Source: an uncultured bacterium
Lineage (GTDB): Bacteria > DYJV01
Assembly: GCA_964543655.1 (NCBI GenBank)
Contig: CAZIZE010000040.1
Coordinates: 1 to 52,429 of the forward strand
Reading direction: 5' to 3'
Length of the DNA: 52,429 nucleotides
The position numbers and the translations under genes were made by a program. This document shows, one piece after another, positions 38,493-49,415 of this stretch. Each line of letters opens with the position of its first letter. Positions within the stretch are counted from its first letter, which is position 1. A model generated the notes under the pieces. The model saw only the letters and a program-made list of their open reading frames with translations, was not told the origin of the DNA and made no database searches.

Positions 38493-39434
38493 ATGCCAAA
38501 AATAGGATTTTTATTTCCTGGACAGGGCTCTCAATATGTTGGAATGGGTAAAGAGCTCTACGATAATTATCAGATAGTTAAAGATATTTTTGAAGAAGCA
38601 AACGAATCATTGAAAATAGATCTTAAAAAATTATGCTTTGAAGGACCACAGGATAAACTTAACCTTACAGAGAATGCCCAGCCTGCAATTTTAACAGTTA
38701 GTTATGCTGCTTATAAAGTTTTTGAATCATTATTTGATGTTAAACCTGTTGCTCTTGCTGGCCACTCTCTTGGAGAATATTCAGCACTTGTTGTTGCTGG
38801 TGCTGTTGATTTCTTTGATGCTGTTAAAGTGGTTAGAGCAAGAGGTAAATTTATGCAATCAGCTGTACCTATTGGTATAGGCACCATGGCAGCTATTCTT
38901 GGTCTTGCAAGGGAGAAGGTTGAAGAAGCTTGCAGGGAAGCAGCAGAGGAATCATATGTCCAACCTGCAAATTATAATTGTCCTGGACAGGTGGTTGTTT
39001 CAGGTTATGTTAAAGGTGTGGAGCTCGCATCAAAGCTTGCAAGAATTAAAGGAGCAATTAAGGCTGTTCAGCTTGCTGTAAGTGCACCATTTCATTCAAG
39101 GCTTATGGAGCCAGCAGCAAGGATGCTTGCTAAAGAATTTGATTATGTTAAAGTTAAAGATCCAATTTTTCCTGTTATTTCAAATGTTGATGCTGTACCC
39201 AATTACACAAAAGATACAATTAGAGAATTGCTAATAAGGCAGGTAAGTAATGCTGTTAAGTGGGAAGACTCAATGCAAACAATGATTAATATGGGTATTG
39301 AGTCTGTTATAGAATTTGGACCTGGAAGAGTTCTTTGTGGTCTAATGAGAAAAATTAATCGTAAAATCAAAGTTGCAAACCTTGAAAATCCCAAAAACCT
39401 TAAGAAAATTGAGGAAGAGGTAAAAAATGCTTAG
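38493..39434 (+). CDS. fabD: Malonyl-CoA:ACP transacylase
   Basis: FPGQGSQ, GHSLGEY, VSAPFHS, EFGPG. Confidence 0.97.
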   Translation: MPKIGFLFPGQGSQYVGMGKELYDNYQIVKDIFEEANESLKIDLKKLCFEGPQDKLNLTENAQPAILTVSYAAYKVFESLFDVKPVALAGHSLGEYSALVVAGAVDFFDAVKVVRARGKFMQSAVPIGIGTMAAILGLAREKVEEACREAAEESYVQPANYNCPGQVVVSGYVKGVELASKLARIKGAIKAVQLAVSAPFHSRLMEPAARMLAKEFDYVKVKDPIFPVISNVDAVPNYTKDTIRELLIRQVSNAVKWEDSMQTMINMGIESVIEFGPGRVLCGLMRKINRKIKVANLENPKNLKKIEEEVKNA

Positions 39435-40164
39435 AAATAGAACAGCTTTTATTACAGGAGCATCACGTGGCATAGGTAGAGCTATTGCTGAAAAATTTGC
39501 TCAAAATGGTGCAAACCTTATATTAAACGCTACAAAGCTTGAAAATTTAAATTCTATTGAGGAAATTATAAAAAATTTCAATATAGATTACCTTCTTGTT
39601 GAAGGTGATATTTCTAAGGAATCTGATGTTAAAAGAATGGTAGATGAAGCATTTAAAAAATTCTCTAATATTGATATTCTTGTTAATAATGCAGGTATTA
39701 CTAAGGATAACTTAATTTTTAGGATTAAAGAGGAGGATTGGGATAAAGTTTTAGATATAAATTTAAAAGGTGCATTTTTAATGTGCAAAGCAATTGCAAG
39801 AAAAATGATTAAAAAGAAATATGGGAAAATAATTAATATTACAAGTGTTGTTGGACAGATGGGGAATCAGGGGCAGGCAAATTATGTATCATCAAAAGCA
39901 GGGCTTATTGGTCTTACAAAAGCCCTTGCAAGAGAGTTTGCTTCAAGAAACATAAATGTTAATGCAATAGCACCTGGTTTTATAGAAAGTGAAATGACCG
40001 ACAATGCAGAGAGTAAAATTTTGGAACAGATTAGAGAGAGTATACCTCTTGGCAGAATTGGCAAAACAGATGAAATAGCTGATGCAGCACTATTTCTGGC
40101 ATCTTCAATGTCAGATTACATAACAGGCCATATTTTAAATGTAAATGGTGGATTATATATGTAA
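39427..40164 (+). CDS. fabG: 3-oxoacyl-ACP reductase
   Basis: TGASRGIG, NNAGITKD, GNQGQANY.SSKAG, VNGGLYM. Confidence 0.95.
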   Translation: MLRNRTAFITGASRGIGRAIAEKFAQNGANLILNATKLENLNSIEEIIKNFNIDYLLVEGDISKESDVKRMVDEAFKKFSNIDILVNNAGITKDNLIFRIKEEDWDKVLDINLKGAFLMCKAIARKMIKKKYGKIINITSVVGQMGNQGQANYVSSKAGLIGLTKALAREFASRNINVNAIAPGFIESEMTDNAESKILEQIRESIPLGRIGKTDEIADAALFLASSMSDYITGHILNVNGGLYM

Positions 40165-40165
40165 A

Positions 40166-40600
40166 ATGAGTAGAGTATTAATAATTAATGGACCAAATAT
40201 TAACCTTTTAGGCAGAAGGGAACCTGAAATTTATGGTGGTATTTCATATTCAAAGTTATGTGATATTTTGAAAAAAGAGGGTAATAATCTTGGTTTTAAA
40301 TTAGAAATTTTTCAAAGCAATAGTGAGGGTGCAATAATAGATAAAATACATTCTGCCTATGGTAATATTGATATTATAATTGGAAATTTTGGTGCTTATA
40401 CCCATACAAGTATTGCAATAAGAGATGCAATTCTATCAGTAAATATTCCATTTATTGAAGTTCATTTATCAAATATATTTGCAAGAGAAGAATTTAGAAA
40501 AAAATCTTATTTTTCAGATATAGCTGCTGGTATTATTTCAGGTTTTGGAGTGAATAGCTATATTCTGGCATTATACGCTGCTAAAGAATTATTAAAGTGA
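40166..40600 (+). CDS. aroQ: Type II 3-dehydroquinate dehydratase
   Basis: NGPNINLLGRREPEIYG, QSNSEG, AYTHTSIAIRDA, EVHLSNI.AREEFR. Confidence 0.96.
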   Translation: MSRVLIINGPNINLLGRREPEIYGGISYSKLCDILKKEGNNLGFKLEIFQSNSEGAIIDKIHSAYGNIDIIIGNFGAYTHTSIAIRDAILSVNIPFIEVHLSNIFAREEFRKKSYFSDIAAGIISGFGVNSYILALYAAKELLK

Positions 40601-41652
40601 ATGTAAAATCTATTATTTCAAAATATAAAATAGATGCGTTTTTTATTACCAACCTAAAAAATGTCAGATACCTCTCCAACTTTTCAGGGTCAAATGGTCA
40701 GATTTTAATTACAAAAAAGAGGAAATATTTTCTAACAGATTCAAGATATCAGGAGCAGGTAAAATTTGAAGTTAAAAAGAGTTTTAAAATTTTAATTTAT
40801 AAAAAGGTAGAAGAAAGCCTTGAGGAAATTGTGCAAAGAGAATCTATTGATTTAATAGGGTTTGAATCAAAAGATATGTCTTATTATGATTTAAAAAAAT
40901 ATGAAGAAAAGTTGAAAGTGGAATTTATTCCATTAACAGATATTATTGAAAATTTTAGAATCAGGAAAGCTAAAAGAGAGGTTTCCAAAATTAAGAAAGC
41001 TATTAAAATAGCTGAAACAAGTTTAGATAAGATTAAAAGTAAACTTTTTACCAATATTTCAGAGAAAAAATTTTCTGCTCTTCTTGAATTTGAAATGATT
41101 TGCAATGGTGCAGAGGGTATATCTTTTCCCACAATTGTTGCATCAGGAGAGAGGAGTGCTATTATTCATGGTATTGCTTCAAATAGGAGGATTGATAAAA
41201 CAAGTGCAATTCTTATTGATTTTGGATGTGTTTATAAAGGTTACTGCTCTGATAAAACAGTTACAGTTATTACGAATAAACATTGCAATAATTTGAAAAA
41301 TGTATATAATATAGTGAAGGATGCTAAAAATTTTGCAATTGAAGCAATTAAACCTGGTGAGAAAGCAAAGAATATTGATAAAGTTGCCAGAGAATACTTA
41401 AGGGAAAAAGGTTATGATAAATATTTTTTACATTCTCTTGGGCATGGCGTGGGACTTGAAGTGCATGAAAAGCCAACATTATCACCACTTAGTGAAGATA
41501 TAATTGAAGCAGGTATGGTGGTTACAGTTGAACCAGGTATATATCTTTCTGGTGAATTTGGAGTGAGATTAGAGGATATGGTATATGTTACAGACAGTGG
41601 AGCAGAGGTTCTTACAACAAAAGCTGAGGATTTTATATGTTTACAGGGATAA
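40597..41652 (+). CDS. Xaa-Pro aminopeptidase (M24 family)
   Basis: TDSRY, DFG....YCSD, HSLGHGVGLEVHE, EPGIY, GVRLED; GTG start. Confidence 0.92.
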   Translation: MNVKSIISKYKIDAFFITNLKNVRYLSNFSGSNGQILITKKRKYFLTDSRYQEQVKFEVKKSFKILIYKKVEESLEEIVQRESIDLIGFESKDMSYYDLKKYEEKLKVEFIPLTDIIENFRIRKAKREVSKIKKAIKIAETSLDKIKSKLFTNISEKKFSALLEFEMICNGAEGISFPTIVASGERSAIIHGIASNRRIDKTSAILIDFGCVYKGYCSDKTVTVITNKHCNNLKNVYNIVKDAKNFAIEAIKPGEKAKNIDKVAREYLREKGYDKYFLHSLGHGVGLEVHEKPTLSPLSEDIIEAGMVVTVEPGIYLSGEFGVRLEDMVYVTDSGAEVLTTKAEDFICLQG

Positions 41653-42290
41653 TTGAAGAAGTTGGAAAAATAAAGGAAATTATTAATAAAAGTAACAGTC
41701 TTGAGCTATATATAATTGCAGAAAAGATAGTCAGTAAAATAGCAAATGGCGACAGTGTAGCAGTTAATGGTGTATGCTTAACAGTTACCTCATTTAACAG
41801 TAGCGGTTTTAAAGCTGATGTATCACCAGAAACTTACAAAGTAACCAATTTGAAAAATTTAAAAATAGATGATTTTGTTAATCTTGAAACAGCGCTTACA
41901 CTTTCAAAACCTCTTGGTGGACACATTGTGTCTGGCCATGTTGATGCTATTGCAAAAATTGAGAAAATAGAAAGGGAAGGGAATTTTACCAAAATTTTTA
42001 TTGAAATTCCTTTTGGGTTAAGAAAGTATATGATTCAGAAAGGCTCAGTTGCAATTGATGGCATTAGTTTAACCATTAATGATATTTCAGAGAAAAGTTT
42101 TAATGTAATGATTATTCCTCACACATTAGGCAACACCACTTTACCATTTAAAAAAGTAGGAGATTATTTGAATATTGAAGTTGATATTTTAGGTAAGTAT
42201 GTGGAGAACTTATTAAAGTACAATGATAAAATTGAAAATAAAAGTAATATTACAGAAGAGTTTTTAATGAAACATGGTTTTTTTAAATAG
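41637..42290 (+). CDS. ribE: Riboflavin synthase (alpha chain)
   Basis: MFTGIIEE, GDSVAVNGVCLT, GGHIVSGHVD, KGSVAIDGISLT. Confidence 0.97.
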   Translation: MFTGIIEEVGKIKEIINKSNSLELYIIAEKIVSKIANGDSVAVNGVCLTVTSFNSSGFKADVSPETYKVTNLKNLKIDDFVNLETALTLSKPLGGHIVSGHVDAIAKIEKIEREGNFTKIFIEIPFGLRKYMIQKGSVAIDGISLTINDISEKSFNVMIIPHTLGNTTLPFKKVGDYLNIEVDILGKYVENLLKYNDKIENKSNITEEFLMKHGFFK

Positions 42291-42337
42291 AGAATAAATT
42301 GAAAATTTAATATTGATTAAAAAAATTGGAGGAGTGG

Positions 42338-43549
42338 ATGAGTCAAGATAGAATGGAGAAAGCAATAAAAGCTTTTCAGGAAGGTGGCTTTGTTATATTG
42401 GCTGATGATGAAGATAGAGAAAATGAAGGTGACCTTGCAATAGCAGCAGAGAAAATTACACCAGAAGCAATTAATTTTATGGCAAAATATGGACGAGGGT
42501 TAATTTGCCTTGCAATAACAGAGGAGACAGCAGATAGGTTAAATCTACCATTAATGGTTCAGGATAATACTTCAAAATTTGAAACAGCTTTTACAATATC
42601 TATTGAAGCCAAAAAAGGTGTTACCACAGGTATATCAGCGCATGATAGAGCTGTTACTATTTTAACTGCAATTGCAGATGATACAAAACCAGAGGATCTT
42701 GCAAGACCAGGACATGTTTTTCCATTAAGAGCTAAAAAAGGTGGTGTTTTGGTAAGAACTGGGCAAACTGAAGGGTCTGTTGACCTTGCAAGGATAGCAG
42801 GAATGAAACCTGCTGCTGTTATCTGTGAAATAATGAATGATGATGGGACAATGGCAAGGATGCCGCAGCTTGAAGAATTTTCAAAAAAGCATAATATTCC
42901 AATTGTTACAGTTGCAGATATTATTGAGTATAGATTAAAAAAAGAGATACTTGTTCACAGAGTTTCAGAGGCTAAACTTCCCACTATTTATGGTGGAGAG
43001 TTTAATATTATCCTTTATGAAAATGAGGTTGATGATTTTCAACATATTGCACTTGTAAAAGGTGAGGTTGCAGGTGATGAGCCTGTGCTTGTAAGGGTTC
43101 ATTCAGAATGCTTTACAGGAGATGTACTTGGCTCCCTGAGGTGTGATTGTGGTGATCAATTGCACACTGCTATGAAGATGATAGGTGATGAAGGGAAGGG
43201 TGTTATTGTGTATATGCGTCAGGAAGGTAGAGGTATAGGACTTGCCAATAAGTTAAAAGCTTATTGCCTTCAGGATAGAGGTAAAGACACTGTTGAAGCT
43301 AATCTTGAATTAGGATTTAAAGCTGATCTCAGGGATTATGGGCTTGGAGCACAGATACTTGTTGAGCTTGGAATAAAAAAAATCAGGCTTTTAACAAATA
43401 ATCCAAAAAAATTAAAAGGACTTGAAGGATATGGGCTTGAAATAGTTGAGAGAGTGCCAATTGAAATATGCCCTAATTGTATTAATTACAACTATTTAAA
43501 AACTAAAAAAGAGAAAATGGGACATATGTTGAATCTTGATGAAGAGTAA
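42338..43549 (+). CDS. ribBA: Bifunctional DHBP synthase / GTP cyclohydrolase II
   Basis: [47 protein letters not shown]. Confidence 0.97.
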   Translation: MSQDRMEKAIKAFQEGGFVILADDEDRENEGDLAIAAEKITPEAINFMAKYGRGLICLAITEETADRLNLPLMVQDNTSKFETAFTISIEAKKGVTTGISAHDRAVTILTAIADDTKPEDLARPGHVFPLRAKKGGVLVRTGQTEGSVDLARIAGMKPAAVICEIMNDDGTMARMPQLEEFSKKHNIPIVTVADIIEYRLKKEILVHRVSEAKLPTIYGGEFNIILYENEVDDFQHIALVKGEVAGDEPVLVRVHSECFTGDVLGSLRCDCGDQLHTAMKMIGDEGKGVIVYMRQEGRGIGLANKLKAYCLQDRGKDTVEANLELGFKADLRDYGLGAQILVELGIKKIRLLTNNPKKLKGLEGYGLEIVERVPIEICPNCINYNYLKTKKEKMGHMLNLDEE

Positions 43550-43558
43550 CTAAACATT

Positions 43559-44347
43559 ATGATTACAGGTATAGATTTAGGCAGCAGATTTGTAAAAATA
43601 GCTGTTTATAATGGAGATAAATTTGTAAATTTTGAAAAATTTGATACTGCAAAATTTTATAAAAATTTTGCTAAAATTAAGGAGAACAGGCTATTTATAG
43701 ATTTTTCTCTGCTGGATATCCCTTCTGAAAATATTTGTTCCACAGGATATGGCAGGAACAATGTTAATATTCAGGGTGCTGTTCCTATTAATGAATTAAA
43801 AGCTCATGTTTGGGGCATTTTATATCAGCAGAAAATTAGAAAATTTACATTAATAGATATTGGTGGACAGGATGTAAAAGTTGTAAAAGTTATTAATGGC
43901 TATATTGAAGATTTTGTAATGAACGACAAATGTGCTGCAAGCACCGGGAGGTTCCTTGAAAATATGGCAACCCTGCTTGATGTTGATATTGATTATTTCA
44001 GTAATAAAATGGAAAAAATAGAAGAATTAAATTCAACTTGTGCTATTTTTGGAGAAACAGAGATTATAGGCAAAGTTGCCAGAGGTATACCTGTTGATAT
44101 TATTTGCTCAAGCATCAATTACACACTTGCAAAAAGGATAGCAAACATGGCAAAGAATATTTTTATTAACCCACTTGTTGTAGCAGGTGGTGTTGCAGCA
44201 AATAGAGCTATGGTCTCTTTTTTAAAAAAGATTTTATCAGCTGAAACTCTCTTGCTTCCTGAGCATCCCCAATTTAATGGTGCAATAGGTTGCTGTTACT
44301 ATTTTAAATCAGTTAAACAAAAAACTTCCCAACATGATACACAATAA
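43559..44347 (+). CDS. ATP-dependent [4Fe-4S] activase, HgdC/BadF-BadG-BcrA-BcrD family
   Basis: GIDLGS, TGYGR, DIGGQD.K, MNDKCAASTGRFLE, STCAIFGETE, GAIG. Confidence 0.9.
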   Translation: MITGIDLGSRFVKIAVYNGDKFVNFEKFDTAKFYKNFAKIKENRLFIDFSLLDIPSENICSTGYGRNNVNIQGAVPINELKAHVWGILYQQKIRKFTLIDIGGQDVKVVKVINGYIEDFVMNDKCAASTGRFLENMATLLDVDIDYFSNKMEKIEELNSTCAIFGETEIIGKVARGIPVDIICSSINYTLAKRIANMAKNIFINPLVVAGGVAANRAMVSFLKKILSAETLLLPEHPQFNGAIGCCYYFKSVKQKTSQHDTQ

Positions 44348-46646
44348 AAGTGAGAATATAAGCAATAAATGATAAACCAAAAAATTGCACCATTGCCCAT
44401 TTTAAACTATTAGTTTCCTGAATCACTATTGCAACAGTAGCTATACATGGTGTTGCAATTAACATCCATAGCATTATGCAAAATCCAACAAGTGGTGTAT
44501 ATTGTCTTTTGATTCTCTCTCTCAATGATTCATTGTTGCTACCTACAGCAGTAGCGTTAATAATAGAGAGCTGAGATACAAAAACTTCTTTTGCTGGAAT
44601 TGCAGAGATTATAGCTGTGGTAATCTTCCAGTCAAATCCAAGAGGTTTAAATATAGGTGCTACTATCTGACCTAATCTGCCTATGTAACTGTTTTTTATT
44701 GCTTCTGCAAGTTTTTCATTTTTTAATTTGTAAATTCTATTCATATGCTTATTTTTTACAATAGATGCATTGATTAAGATTTCTGTAAAATTTTTATTTC
44801 TGATTTTTGCTTCAGAAATTTTATCTTTTTTCAATAAAAGAAGAATTTCTTTTAAATCTTCATTTATATTTAAATTTTTTAATGAAAAATTGCTACTTAA
44901 AATTTCAGTAAGCACTGCTTTGCTAATTTTTAACTGTTTTGCATAATAACTTAGCTCTTTTTCCATTTGTAGTTTTTCTATTTTTATTAATTTATCATAA
45001 TCTTTTGAAAAATGTACTGTTTTTGGAAAATTTGAAAGACACCACAATAGTATTGATAAAGATAAAATAACAGTGCCTGCTTTCTTTACATACATAAAAG
45101 ATTTTTCCCAAATATATAGACCAATTGCCTTAAAGGTGGGCATTCTATATGGTGGGAGCTCCATTATAAATGTGGAACTTTCCTTTGTAAAAGCAAATTT
45201 ATTAAGAGCCATAGCAGAAAATATTGCAATAACAACACCAATTAGATACATTAACCACATCATAGTTGCCTGAAACTCTTCTGGGAAAAAAGCTGGAATT
45301 ATAAGCAGGTAAATTGGCAATCTTGCTCCACAACTCATTAATGGCAAAATAAGTATGGTGATTAATCTCTCTTTTCTTGTGTTTAAAGTCCTTGTTGCCA
45401 TAATTCCTGGTACATTGCAGCCAAAACCTATAAGCATAGGAATAAAACTTTTGCCATGTAATCCTATTTTGTGCATGATTTTATCAATAATAAAAGCAGC
45501 ACGTGCCATATATCCAGAAAATTCAAGGATACCAATAGCAAGAAATAGTAGGATTATATTAGGAAGAAAAACAAGTACACTTCCCACACCACCTATAATA
45601 CCCTGAGTAACAAGCTCTTTTAATGGACTTTGGGTAATCCAGGCTCTATCTATGGTATTTGCAAGCATTGTAAAAAATCTGTCTATCCAGTCCATTGGTA
45701 TTGACCCAATGGAGAATGTAAGCTGAAAAGTAAGATACATCAAAATTAAAAAAATAGGGATACCTAAAAATTTGTTGGTTAAAACAGTATCAATCTTATC
45801 TGAAATATCGTGTCTAAATTCAATAGTTGATTCAACAGCTTCTGTGCATGCTCCTGAAATAAAGCCATAACGTTTTTCAGCAAGAATGATTTCAGTTGGC
45901 TCATCATAAATTGTAGAAAGTTTTTTCTGATGTTTTGCAAGCTGTTTAAAAAGTTCAGAATTTTCAGAAAAATATTTTAAAATAACTTTTTTAACCTCTT
46001 TATCATTTTCTATTAGTTTAAGAGCAAGCCATGTTGGGTTAAATTGTTTGCATAGCTCTTGATTTGTAGATATAATTTTGGCAAGCTCATTTATAGCTGC
46101 ATTTATTTTTTCACCATAAAAAATTTCAGGTGCATTATACTTTTTATTATTAATGCAAAAATCGTAAATTGCTTCTTTAAGAGTGTCTATACCTTCACCT
46201 TTGTTCCCAACAGTTTCAATAATCTGAATATTATTCAGTAGCTCAGAAAGCTTTTCTTTATCTACTTTGATACCTTTTTTCTCTGCTTCATCAACCATGT
46301 TAAACACAAGCATAATATTGGCTTTAAGCTCCATAATCTGTACAGCAAGGTATAGATTCCTTTCAAGATTGGAAGTATCAATTATATCAATAACAAGGTC
46401 AGGCTTTTCTTCTATTATGAAGTTTCTTGCAATAATTTCTTCAATTGAAAATGCACTTAAACTATATGTGCCAGGTAAATCAACAACTTTGAAGTTAACT
46501 CCTCTATACTCAAAAAAGCCTTCCTTTTTTTCAACTGTAACACCTGGATAATTTGCAACATGCTGTCTTGCGCCTGTGAGCTGATTAAAAATAGTGGTTT
46601 TCCCTGCATTTGGATTACCAGCAAGAGCAATAACAAATTCTTTCAT
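44313..46646 (-). CDS. feoB: Ferrous iron transport protein B
   Basis: GNPNAGKT, NYPGVTV, DLPGTYS, GFGCNVP, MSCGARLP, FIMELP.Y, AKEV, TPC.A. Confidence 0.97.
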   Translation of the reverse strand: MKEFVIALAGNPNAGKTTIFNQLTGARQHVANYPGVTVEKKEGFFEYRGVNFKVVDLPGTYSLSAFSIEEIIARNFIIEEKPDLVIDIIDTSNLERNLYLAVQIMELKANIMLVFNMVDEAEKKGIKVDKEKLSELLNNIQIIETVGNKGEGIDTLKEAIYDFCINNKKYNAPEIFYGEKINAAINELAKIISTNQELCKQFNPTWLALKLIENDKEVKKVILKYFSENSELFKQLAKHQKKLSTIYDEPTEIILAEKRYGFISGACTEAVESTIEFRHDISDKIDTVLTNKFLGIPIFLILMYLTFQLTFSIGSIPMDWIDRFFTMLANTIDRAWITQSPLKELVTQGIIGGVGSVLVFLPNIILLFLAIGILEFSGYMARAAFIIDKIMHKIGLHGKSFIPMLIGFGCNVPGIMATRTLNTRKERLITILILPLMSCGARLPIYLLIIPAFFPEEFQATMMWLMYLIGVVIAIFSAMALNKFAFTKESSTFIMELPPYRMPTFKAIGLYIWEKSFMYVKKAGTVILSLSILLWCLSNFPKTVHFSKDYDKLIKIEKLQMEKELSYYAKQLKISKAVLTEILSSNFSLKNLNINEDLKEILLLLKKDKISEAKIRNKNFTEILINASIVKNKHMNRIYKLKNEKLAEAIKNSYIGRLGQIVAPIFKPLGFDWKITTAIISAIPAKEVFVSQLSIINATAVGSNNESLRERIKRQYTPLVGFCIMLWMLIATPCIATVAIVIQETNSLKWAMVQFFGLSFIAYILTFIVYHVGKFFV

Positions 46647-46735
46647 ACTATATCCTTGAGAAAAAGTTTTATTAATCTAACTTTTCTTATACTAAATTAA
46701 ATTTTTTTGCAATAATATTTTGATTAAATATAAAA

Positions 46736-48283
46736 TTAAGATTTTTTTTCTTTAAAAATAAAGAGAAAGATTAGAAATGAGAGCCCCAAAATACCAAAAT
46801 AACCAGAATGTCTGAAAGTGTCCTGAAATGCGTAAGAGCCGCTCATAAGTGTCTGCACTTTTCCAAGTAGAATTTTTGCTTTTATTGAAGCAAGGTCAGG
46901 GTTCATTAATATTGATAGTTTGTTATCTATTTTGTTCAAATAATTTTTAACAAAGAGATAGTTTTGCAAAGAGCCAATACCTTCATAATGAAGTGCTATT
47001 TTTGATTGTAAGGTATTTGTGGCAATTGCAGTTCCAAATGAGCCCCCCATAAACCTGATATATTGCAACACACCAACTCCAAGCTGTGTTTTATTTCCAA
47101 GATGTCTCATTGCAAGTGTTGTTATTGGTGCAAAAAAGCTTCCAAGGGCAAACCCAAGTGGTATGGTGAGAAGGATAGTTTTTATAGAAGGAGTGTAGTA
47201 ATTTAGCTTTGGTATAAGAAAAATGGAAGTTGTAATGTAAAGGAAAGCATTTATTACAAGGATATTTTTTTCACCATATTTATCAGATAGAATCCCGGCA
47301 AAAATTGAAGTAAACCCAATAAAAATCGCAAAAGCAAGCATATGAAGTCCAGTTTGCAAGGTAGTATAACCTTTTAAGTTTTCATAATAAAGAGGCAAAA
47401 GATAGAAAATTTGATATATTGAAAGCCCAAGGGTGAAAAAATAAACTATTATAGCAACAGTGTATTGCCTTATTTTAAAAATAGATGGGTCTATTAATTT
47501 CACTTTTGAAACAATTTCACTAAATATGTAAATAATCAATGAACCAATAGAGATAAATAAAAGAGTAATTATAAACGATGATTGAAACCACCCTTTTTCC
47601 TGACCTTTTGAAAGCAAAATTAGCAGAGGAATTGTAAAGCCTGCAAAGAAAATATAACTGTAGAAATTGAATGACCATTTCTCCTTTTTCTCAACAATTA
47701 CAGGTAAAATTAAAGAGCCTATTAAGACAACTATAATTCCTACAGGTAGATTTACAAAAAATACGTATCTCCAGTTGAAATATTCTGTGAGATAACCTCC
47801 AAGTGTTGGTCCAAGAGCTGGAGCAAAGCTGACGCCCATACCATATATTCCCATGGCAATTCCTTTTTTTTCAGGTGGATATATTGAAAAAACTATTGTT
47901 TGCGCAGTTGCCACAATAAAAGCTTCTCCAAGTCCCTGAATGCATCTAAAAATAATCATTTGAGAAAGGTTATGCGCAAAGCCACATGCCACACTTGAAG
48001 AGGTAAATAGCGCCACTCCAATTAAAAAAAGATTTTTTAATCCAACAACTTGAACTAATGATTCTATTAAAAGTAAACCTGTTGCAGCAGCAGCCATATA
48101 CGCTGTAATTACCCATTGAACACCATAAATATCAGTTTTTAAAGGAGACATCATTTTTGGAATAACAACATCAACAATTGTTGTATCAAGAATAGCCATA
48201 AATGTACCTGTCATTACAATAAATGTAATGATAATTCTTGAAACATCATCTATTGTTTCAAAAATAGGAGGTTTTTTTTCCAT
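46736..48283 (-). CDS. DHA2-family MFS efflux permease (EmrB-like)
   Basis: FMAILDTTIV, WVITAY, APALGPTLGG, WRYVFFVNLPVG. Confidence 0.92.
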   Translation of the reverse strand: MEKKPPIFETIDDVSRIIITFIVMTGTFMAILDTTIVDVVIPKMMSPLKTDIYGVQWVITAYMAAAATGLLLIESLVQVVGLKNLFLIGVALFTSSSVACGFAHNLSQMIIFRCIQGLGEAFIVATAQTIVFSIYPPEKKGIAMGIYGMGVSFAPALGPTLGGYLTEYFNWRYVFFVNLPVGIIVVLIGSLILPVIVEKKEKWSFNFYSYIFFAGFTIPLLILLSKGQEKGWFQSSFIITLLFISIGSLIIYIFSEIVSKVKLIDPSIFKIRQYTVAIIVYFFTLGLSIYQIFYLLPLYYENLKGYTTLQTGLHMLAFAIFIGFTSIFAGILSDKYGEKNILVINAFLYITTSIFLIPKLNYYTPSIKTILLTIPLGFALGSFFAPITTLAMRHLGNKTQLGVGVLQYIRFMGGSFGTAIATNTLQSKIALHYEGIGSLQNYLFVKNYLNKIDNKLSILMNPDLASIKAKILLGKVQTLMSGSYAFQDTFRHSGYFGILGLSFLIFLFIFKEKKS

Positions 48284-48284
48284 T

Positions 48285-49415
48285 CTATTTTTTTCTCTCT
48301 ATCTTAATTTCACCACCCATTCCAGGAATGAGAAGAGATTTATCTCCCTTTGTAATATCAACTCTAATTAATATTCTCTGTGCAACTTTTGTAAATTCAC
48401 CTGCTGATATGTCACGTGGTACAAGTGCATAGGTTGCTGCTGATGCAGGATAGATTTTGGTAACAACTCCTTGAAATTCTATGTTTTTATAAGCATCAAC
48501 TGTAAAGTAAGCTTTGCAATTAGGTTTGACTCCTTTAAGCTTAGTTTCAGAAAGCAAAACTTCCACATAAAGATCTTTTTTATCAACCATTGAGTAAACA
48601 GGGTTGCCACTTTTAATATTCATTCCAATTTCAACATATTTTTTCCCAATAGAGCCGCTAAATGGAGCGTATAATTTGCAATATTTAATTGAATGTAAAA
48701 TATCAATTTTCTTCTCATTAAGCATGGCTATTTCTTTTATTAAAGATGCTTTTTCCTTCTGAAGTTGCTTAATATTTTTAAACTCTTCATTAACTATTTT
48801 AACATTATCTTTCGCAATGCCAATTTCCTGAATTAAAGCTTTTTTATCAAAAATAAGAGACCTCTTTTTATCCTGCAAATTTTTAAATTCTGTTTCTATT
48901 TTTTCATAAGCTCTTCTTGGTACAGCATTTTTTTTATACAAATTTTTATAACGAATGTAATCTCTCTTTGCCTGTGCTAAAGAATTGTTAACCATGGCTA
49001 TTTGATAATTTATTGACATTAATTTTTCCTGTAACATTTTCACTTTTTTTCTTGCACTCTGTTTTTTGATTTTTAATTTATTTCTTACTTTGTCTATTTG
49101 AATGGAAATTGCACTTTTCTGCTCTATTAGAGATTGTATCCTCATTTTTAATGCTTTTAAGTTGGTAATGTAATCAATTGGGTCTATTTCAGCAAGTAGA
49201 GCACCTTTTTTTACATAATCACCTGCTTTATAGTAAAGCTTAATAACTTTACCTTTTATCCTTTTAAAGCTTACATTTGTAATTCTGTCACTTCTAATGA
49301 ACATTGCGTCGGTAGTTGCATATTTTTCAGAAAACTTCCAATATTTATATGCAGCATATAGAAATATTATAAAAAATAGAGATAGAAAGAGAATAGCAAT
49401 TTTTTTCTTACTCAT
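48285..49415 (-). CDS. Membrane fusion protein (EmrA/HlyD-like)
   Basis: TTDA, V.KG.LL, APFSG, AGEFTKVAQRI motifs; long coiled coil. Confidence 0.92.
   Translation of the reverse strand: MSKKKIAILFLSLFFIIFLYAAYKYWKFSEKYATTDAMFIRSDRITNVSFKRIKGKVIKLYYKAGDYVKKGALLAEIDPIDYITNLKALKMRIQSLIEQKSAISIQIDKVRNKLKIKKQSARKKVKMLQEKLMSINYQIAMVNNSLAQAKRDYIRYKNLYKKNAVPRRAYEKIETEFKNLQDKKRSLIFDKKALIQEIGIAKDNVKIVNEEFKNIKQLQKEKASLIKEIAMLNEKKIDILHSIKYCKLYAPFSGSIGKKYVEIGMNIKSGNPVYSMVDKKDLYVEVLLSETKLKGVKPNCKAYFTVDAYKNIEFQGVVTKIYPASAATYALVPRDISAGEFTKVAQRILIRVDITKGDKSLLIPGMGGEIKIERKK

Noticed and set aside
46655-46720. Fur box upstream of feoB
   Set aside because: Only a weak, AT-rich resemblance; no convincing 7-1-7 palindrome.
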